This document shows positions 50,101-56,760 of a stretch of DNA of 64,000 bases, in pieces. The position numbers and the translations under genes were made by a program. The DNA lies in assembly GCA_964016885.1 (NCBI GenBank), contig OZ024741.1, positions 368,714,001 through 368,778,000 on the forward strand, written 5' to 3'. Position 1 is the first letter of the stretch. Each line of letters opens with the position of its first letter. The stretch is from Eledone cirrhosa. Its lineage: Eukaryota. The notes beneath the pieces are model-generated. The model was given only the letters and a program-made list of their open reading frames with translations. It ran no database searches and was not told where the DNA came from.

Positions 50101-53100
50101 ATTTTTTTTACCGACCTAGAAAGGATGAAAGGCAAAGTTGACTACGGTGGGATTTGAACTCAGAGTACGCAATGAGATGGGACAAATACTGTAAAGCGTT
50201 CTACCCGACGTCTTAACGACTCGCCACATTATGCAAATGTTAAAAACAAAAAAACCATTCAAAATTCTCTGTGGAACTGCTTTAATCCAGTTTTTCTCCA
50301 ACGAATAAACCTTCATTTAAATTAAACACTAACTACACAAGTCAGGGTTGTATTATTCATAAGGATGACTATACTGAAGTCCACGGGACCAACAAAGACT
50401 AGAGGCCTGAAATATTTAAAAGCCATGGGCCTTGGCCATGGCTTAATCAACCCAGACACTAGTATATCTGTATTCTCTAGTCTAAAAAGATATAGGCATT
50501 GTTCCACCATTTTAGGCTAGATAATAAAAATATCAATGCCTTTGACATGATTTGAACTCCTAATATTTATGTCTGTAGCCCTGGGCCATATGAACCCATA
50601 GCCTATCAAATAGAAAATTTAACAATATACAGAGGAAAAACATTTACTGAATATGTGTGCAAATTGCCTTTAACCATTGAATCTCTAGAACAAAAACAAC
50701 AAAACAATTCACAAGCCCTCAAGTGCCTGCAGGGACCCTGGTTAGCCTTATGCGGCCCCTGCTTTATCCAAATATTTTCATTTATTGTCTCCTCATACAA
50801 AATATTTCCTTGGAAGCAATTAACTAACCATTAAGCTCTCCACATTATCTCAAAATACAAATAAATAAAACAGTTATTGCTCCAACAGTCCATGGCTGAG
50901 TCAACACCATCTGATCCAATAAACTAGAAAGTTGAACACCATCGAATCTAACCAACCGACTGAGACAAGGTTCATACTATTCTTCCAAACAACATATTCA
51001 TGCAGAGTACACCTGTTATTTCTGCTTGAACAAATCAATTTCTTTAAGAGTTGTCTAAGAAACTTTATAGACAATCTGTATTTCAGATTGTCTATAAAGA
51101 GAGCTTCTAGATGGTGGCATAACCTGCTAGAAATAGCAACCAAATTTCTATTAAATCCCACCTCAAAAGAGTACAATGTAGTAAGATTATGCTGTCTTAA
51201 AATAAGGTGGGATGGACTTGGTTAGAACACTTGATCATAGGTCTGCTTGATCAGAGCTGACCTGGGGCTTAACAACAATAGAAATGTATGGGCGTTACTT
51301 ACTGGTCTGAATCCGGATGGTTTTCATTTAATAATGTATCTGCTGTTTGTTTGAAAGCCTTAACCCTTTCATTCCCAGCCTTCATTTTGCTACAGAAAAG
51401 CTCATGTTCACGAATTTGACGGACCACATCATCCAAAGTCTCCTACAATAAGATGAGAACAGACATTGGGTGAAGCTGAAGAAATAATGAACCATCATAG
51501 AATAATGGAAAATATAAACAAACAACACATTTATTTCAATTGAATAGGCACACAGTTAGATTTTGGAGATAGATAAATTGTAATGGTTAAATTGCTACCA
51601 GTATATTACAGGTACTTATGATAAAGTGATAAAATATAAAATAACAGGTTTTTTTGAATTGAAGACAAGTGCAGTGAATTATCTTGTCTGTCAATCTACT
51701 GTATCAATTCTTCCCAACCTATAAGCCATACAGAAATAGCGTGTGTGGCCTAATGATTAGAGTGTTGGATTCATAATCATTAGGTTGTGGGTTTAAATCC
51801 TGGACTAGACGAAGTGTTTTTGTGCAAAACACTTCATTTCACATTGATTTTTATGATAGGATGGGGCCCCAATCATTAAACACATGATAAATCTATGAGA
51901 TACAAGTTCAAATGAGGCCAGCTAAACCAACACAGGTCTGAGCTGCAAATGTCATTTCATTTCGTTTTTTTATTTAAATAATGGAGAAAGATATTTTACA
52001 ATATTTTTACATACCGGTTTTCCAGAAACCTCAAGTAAGGCTTCATTTCCACTGTTTAAGTAATCCATGTAATCAGCTTCTTTATTAAAGTTCTGTTAAA
52101 TAAATTAATGAGAAATGAAGTCAATTTTTTACATTGATATCTCAAAACCAAAGCTTAGTGTAAGATAATGTAGTGTTAGCGTTAAGCAGGAGAGATGAAA
52201 CTTCTCATGGATAGGGTACCAGTCTATTGCATAACATTCCTATGTCTCACACCTATTCTCCTTAGCTATGTAAGGTGAGACAAACAGAATTAAGTGCCAT
52301 GGCTAGAATCACAAACAAATGCATGTTGTGTGATATGGACTCAGAGTAGCCTCACCATCACTTGTGGTAATGCTGTGAATGTGTTGGCTTGCCTCAAAGT
52401 GTGTAGTTAACCCCTAAGGTGTGGCCGATTATTGTACTTGGCAGTGAATTGCCTCCCCAACTCTCTCCCCCATTTCTTTTTTCTAATTTCCTTTATCATT
52501 ATTGTTCAATGAACTTAAATTATTATATTTTTATACACGGTTTAGACATATTTGTAATATCCTTCTGAATGAATTGCGAGCAATTTATGTTATTTACGCA
52601 TTTGTAATGTTATTTAAAACATATTTGCAATGTTATTCTACTGTAAATTTATACAATTGTAAATAAAATTCCATTATCCAATCAGTCATTTCCTCTATAA
52701 ATTAACAAACTGATATAAAATAGTATTTAACATACTATAGTATATAACATCAGTATCAATCAGTTTTAGTTTCAACATCATCATTATCATTTTATATCTG
52801 CTTTTCTATGCTGGTATGGGTTCTTTTCCCTTGATCCTCCAGGGTTGTGGGGGCAGTTTATGTAGCATATCTTGGGCAAATAAAGCCTGAGAGAGCATAT
52901 CCCTTTTTGGAATTGATCACAACTGATACCCTCTAATAAACTAATTCACTTTGGTCGTGAACATGTGACTTGATTTCTTCTAGAAAACATGTCCACCCTG
53001 GATGCTCATTCTGAAGACAGAACTTCATATCTGGTAATTGCATCAACATCACTCCCTCATGCCATTTATCCAACCAGCTGAAGCAGTCTACCAGATGTGA

Positions 53101-53808
53101 GACCTTTAGGTGGTGTATGAGGATTGGTAAGCCTGTCCACTCTCAAGGAGTGTAACTGTCAGACAGCAAAGGTACTATCAATACCAAGAGCCCTTTTCAC
53201 TTCGTATTAATACAATACACAATAAACAATGGCACAAAGATAGTTTTATAGGTGAACTAACACATTATATTACTGGTATCTACTTTATCACATTTAATTA
53301 AGTAGAGTTTCAATTTTCAGACCAAAGGGATGAATTGACATTCTGTCACAAATATTTGTCTACATCCAAAATAATCTCTACCCAATGTTGTAACAACTAC
53401 CAGTTTGTCACTTCAAATTGCACTCTACCATCTTAAAAAATAAGGCACATTGGACAATGTAACTAGACACCAACATTACAGGATGATCATAGTTAGAATG
53501 GCTGATTCTTTCTGCTTGATTAGGGTTAACAAGGAGCTAAACATCAACAACAACTAGAAGTGTAAATATCTTCAGGGTTAAGCTATCCCTTAAATATTTC
53601 TGCTTGATCATGAATAACAAGGAGCTAAACAACATCATCATCTAGAACTTAAGATACCTGAAGGGTCATGTCATCTCTTATAATTTTATGCCGCTTCTGC
53701 CACATATTATCTAGATTATTCTCTTTAACTTTCAGTTTTTTCAAAAGTTCTTCAGTTTTTGCTGTATGGCCACCAGGCATTTTGAGATTCTCCAACTCTC
53801 GGAATCTG

Positions 53809-53840
<32 letters not shown>

Positions 53841-56722
53841 AATGAATAAAAAAAAAAAACAAAATAAAAACAAATAAACAAAATTATAAATCTGAGAAGG
53901 TTAACCAGAGTAGTTTGTTTTCTGTGAGAAATTAAAACCTTGCATTGATGAGAACTAAATAGTATAGAAGAAAGTTGATACAATGTGGTAAAAATATATG
54001 AAGAGCATAGGATGACATATAAAGCAAAAAAGTAATGTGTTTTTTTACCCAGTATATTTCAGGGTTATCACCCTCTTTTCAAATGTAAAAATGAAAACGG
54101 TTAAAAATATTTGAAAAGAAGGTAATAGCCATGAAATATGTTGAAATATACACAGTAAGAAAAAAAAAAAAAATTACTTTGTTTTATTTGTCAACTTTTG
54201 CACTGTATATATTTCTACTGCATTGTACTGGCTTTCTGAAACTTATCAATCCTTTATTACTTGCATTGATGAATTTAGTGGCAACAGGTTTCCCCACATA
54301 GAAGTTTAATCTTACCATAGAACAGATACAATCCTTCATGGAAGAGTTCCCCACACCACACACGTACATGCTTAATTCTTTCATTGTTGGACCATCATCA
54401 TTTCTCACGACTAGTGCTCCAATTGATTCAATCAATGGAACTGCTTTGCTCATGAAACTAATGTGTGAGTGGCTGAGCATTCCACAAAAACATGTTTTAT
54501 GTAGTTATCAGGGAGATTCAATATGACAATGTATAACAAGGCTGGCCCCTTGAATTACAGATACAACTCATTTTTGCCAGCAGAGTGGACTGGAGCAACA
54601 ATAAATAAAGTATCTTGCTTAAGGACATAACATGCCACCTGGTCTGGGCATTGAACTCATGACTTTATGATTGTAAGCTGAACACCCTAACCACTAAGCC
54701 ACATGGAATGTCACTGCCTATGATTTTCACATGAAATTAAGAATTTGGAGGAATTTAATACTGGAACACAACAAAGAATCTTACATAAAATTATAAGGAA
54801 ATCATTATCATCATCGTTTAATGTCTATCTTCCATGCTAGCATGGGTTAGACTGGAATTATCCCACTTGAGGCAAGATTGATCAGGTGATCGTGTCTTGC
54901 TCGTATAGGACTGTATCTGGCAGGTTTTCTACGGCTGGATGCCCTTCCTAACACCCACCACATTTACTGTGTGGGAACCTTTTTACTATGTCTCCTACAC
55001 AACCACTTTACAGTGTGGACTTGGTGCATTTTGTCATGACACCTACATGACCTCTTTAGTGTGGACTTGGTGCATTTTGTCATGACACCTACATGACCTC
55101 TTTAGTGTGGACTTGGTGCATTTTGTCATGACACCGACATGACCTCTTTAGTGTGGACTTGGTGCATTTTGTCATGACACCTACATGACCTCTTTAGTGT
55201 GGACTTGGTGCATTTTGTCATGACACCGACATGACCTCTTTAGTGTGGACTTGGTGCATTTTGTCATGACACCTACATGACCTCTTTAGTGTGGACTTGG
55301 TGCATTTTGTCATGACACCTACATGACCTCTTTAGTGTGGACTTGGTGCATTTTGTCATGACACCTACATGACCTCTTTAGTGTGGACTTGGTGCATTTT
55401 GTCATGACACCTACATGACCTCTTTAGTGTGGACTTGGTGCATTTTGTCATGACACCTACATGACCTCTTTAGTGTGGACTTGGTGCATTTTGTCATGAC
55501 ACCTACATGACCTCTTTAGTGTGGACTTGGTGCATTTTGTCATGACACCTACATGACCTCTTTAGTGTGGACTGGATGTTCTGTGGTACCAACATAACTT
55601 TACAGAGAAAGGGTGGTGTTGGTGAGTGGGAGGATGGAGTGGGGGTAGTGGGTTGGGGTGTATATTTGGTTAAGAGGTGCCTACTGATTGTAGGTTTAAC
55701 TTAGTACGTAAGGGAAGGCAGGTCTTCTGTATTACTATGTAGCACCAAAGGTATCGATCCAGTGACATTGTCTTAGAGAGGTCAAATTTTATCATGTTGT
55801 CCCAGGTTTTTCTGGGTCTACCTACTCCGTAGCTTCCATCAATTTTGATCACTGCGCTTTTTTTTATACAGCTGTCGTCTTTCATGCGCATCACATGACC
55901 ATACTATTGTAATCTCCTCTCAAGTAAACAGCATCTGATACCCCTTATTCCTAATTTCTCACTTTTAAAAATAAATAGTTTTATATTGTAAAATTATGGG
56001 CAAGTAATTCAAGTAGTTTGGTATCAAAAGTGTCAAATCATTTACAGACTGCACTCAACTGGAAAAATTTGAATTCAAAGGACTAGTTTTGTCCTACACT
56101 GAATCCCCCTGGGAATTACGCTTAGGGTGCACATGTCAGTGGAATGCTCAGCCACTTGCCTGATAATTTCACAAGCAGGTGGTTCTATTGCTTGAACAAC
56201 TGGAACACTAGTTTTCAGAACTGATGGAGGTGTAACACACAGGACATTACCCTCTAATATTAACAATGTACAAAAGGAATATATATTTTGGAATGTAATG
56301 TGTGTGTGTGTATATATATATATCATCATCGTGTGTCATCATCATTTTACATCCGCTTTTCCCTGCTTGCAAGGGTGGGACGGGTCCTATTCAGCACAGC
56401 ATCTCTCCACTTGTCACGTCCTTCGTCATCTCCTCGGTGAGTTTCAGCGATCTGAGCTCTGCTCTCACCACCTCCGCCCATGTTTTACGTGGTCTACCTC
56501 TACTGCGTCTTCCTTCTACTGGGATTTCTTGGCACTTCTTTACCCAGCGGTCATCCTCCATGTGCATCACATGTCAATACCATCTTAGCCTTCTCTCCTG
56601 CACACCACAACTTATCCCTCTTATACCCAGTTTCTTCCTCAACTCATCCATGCTCGGTCGTTCACGCACATTGACATTGCACATCCAACGGAGCATACTT
56701 GCTTCATTTCTCTCCAGCCGTC

Positions 56723-56760
<38 letters not shown>

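Noticed and set aside
55012-55572. CRISPR-like regular array
   Set aside because: Head-to-tail units with no unique spacers, in a eukaryotic intron, derived from a LINE UTR.
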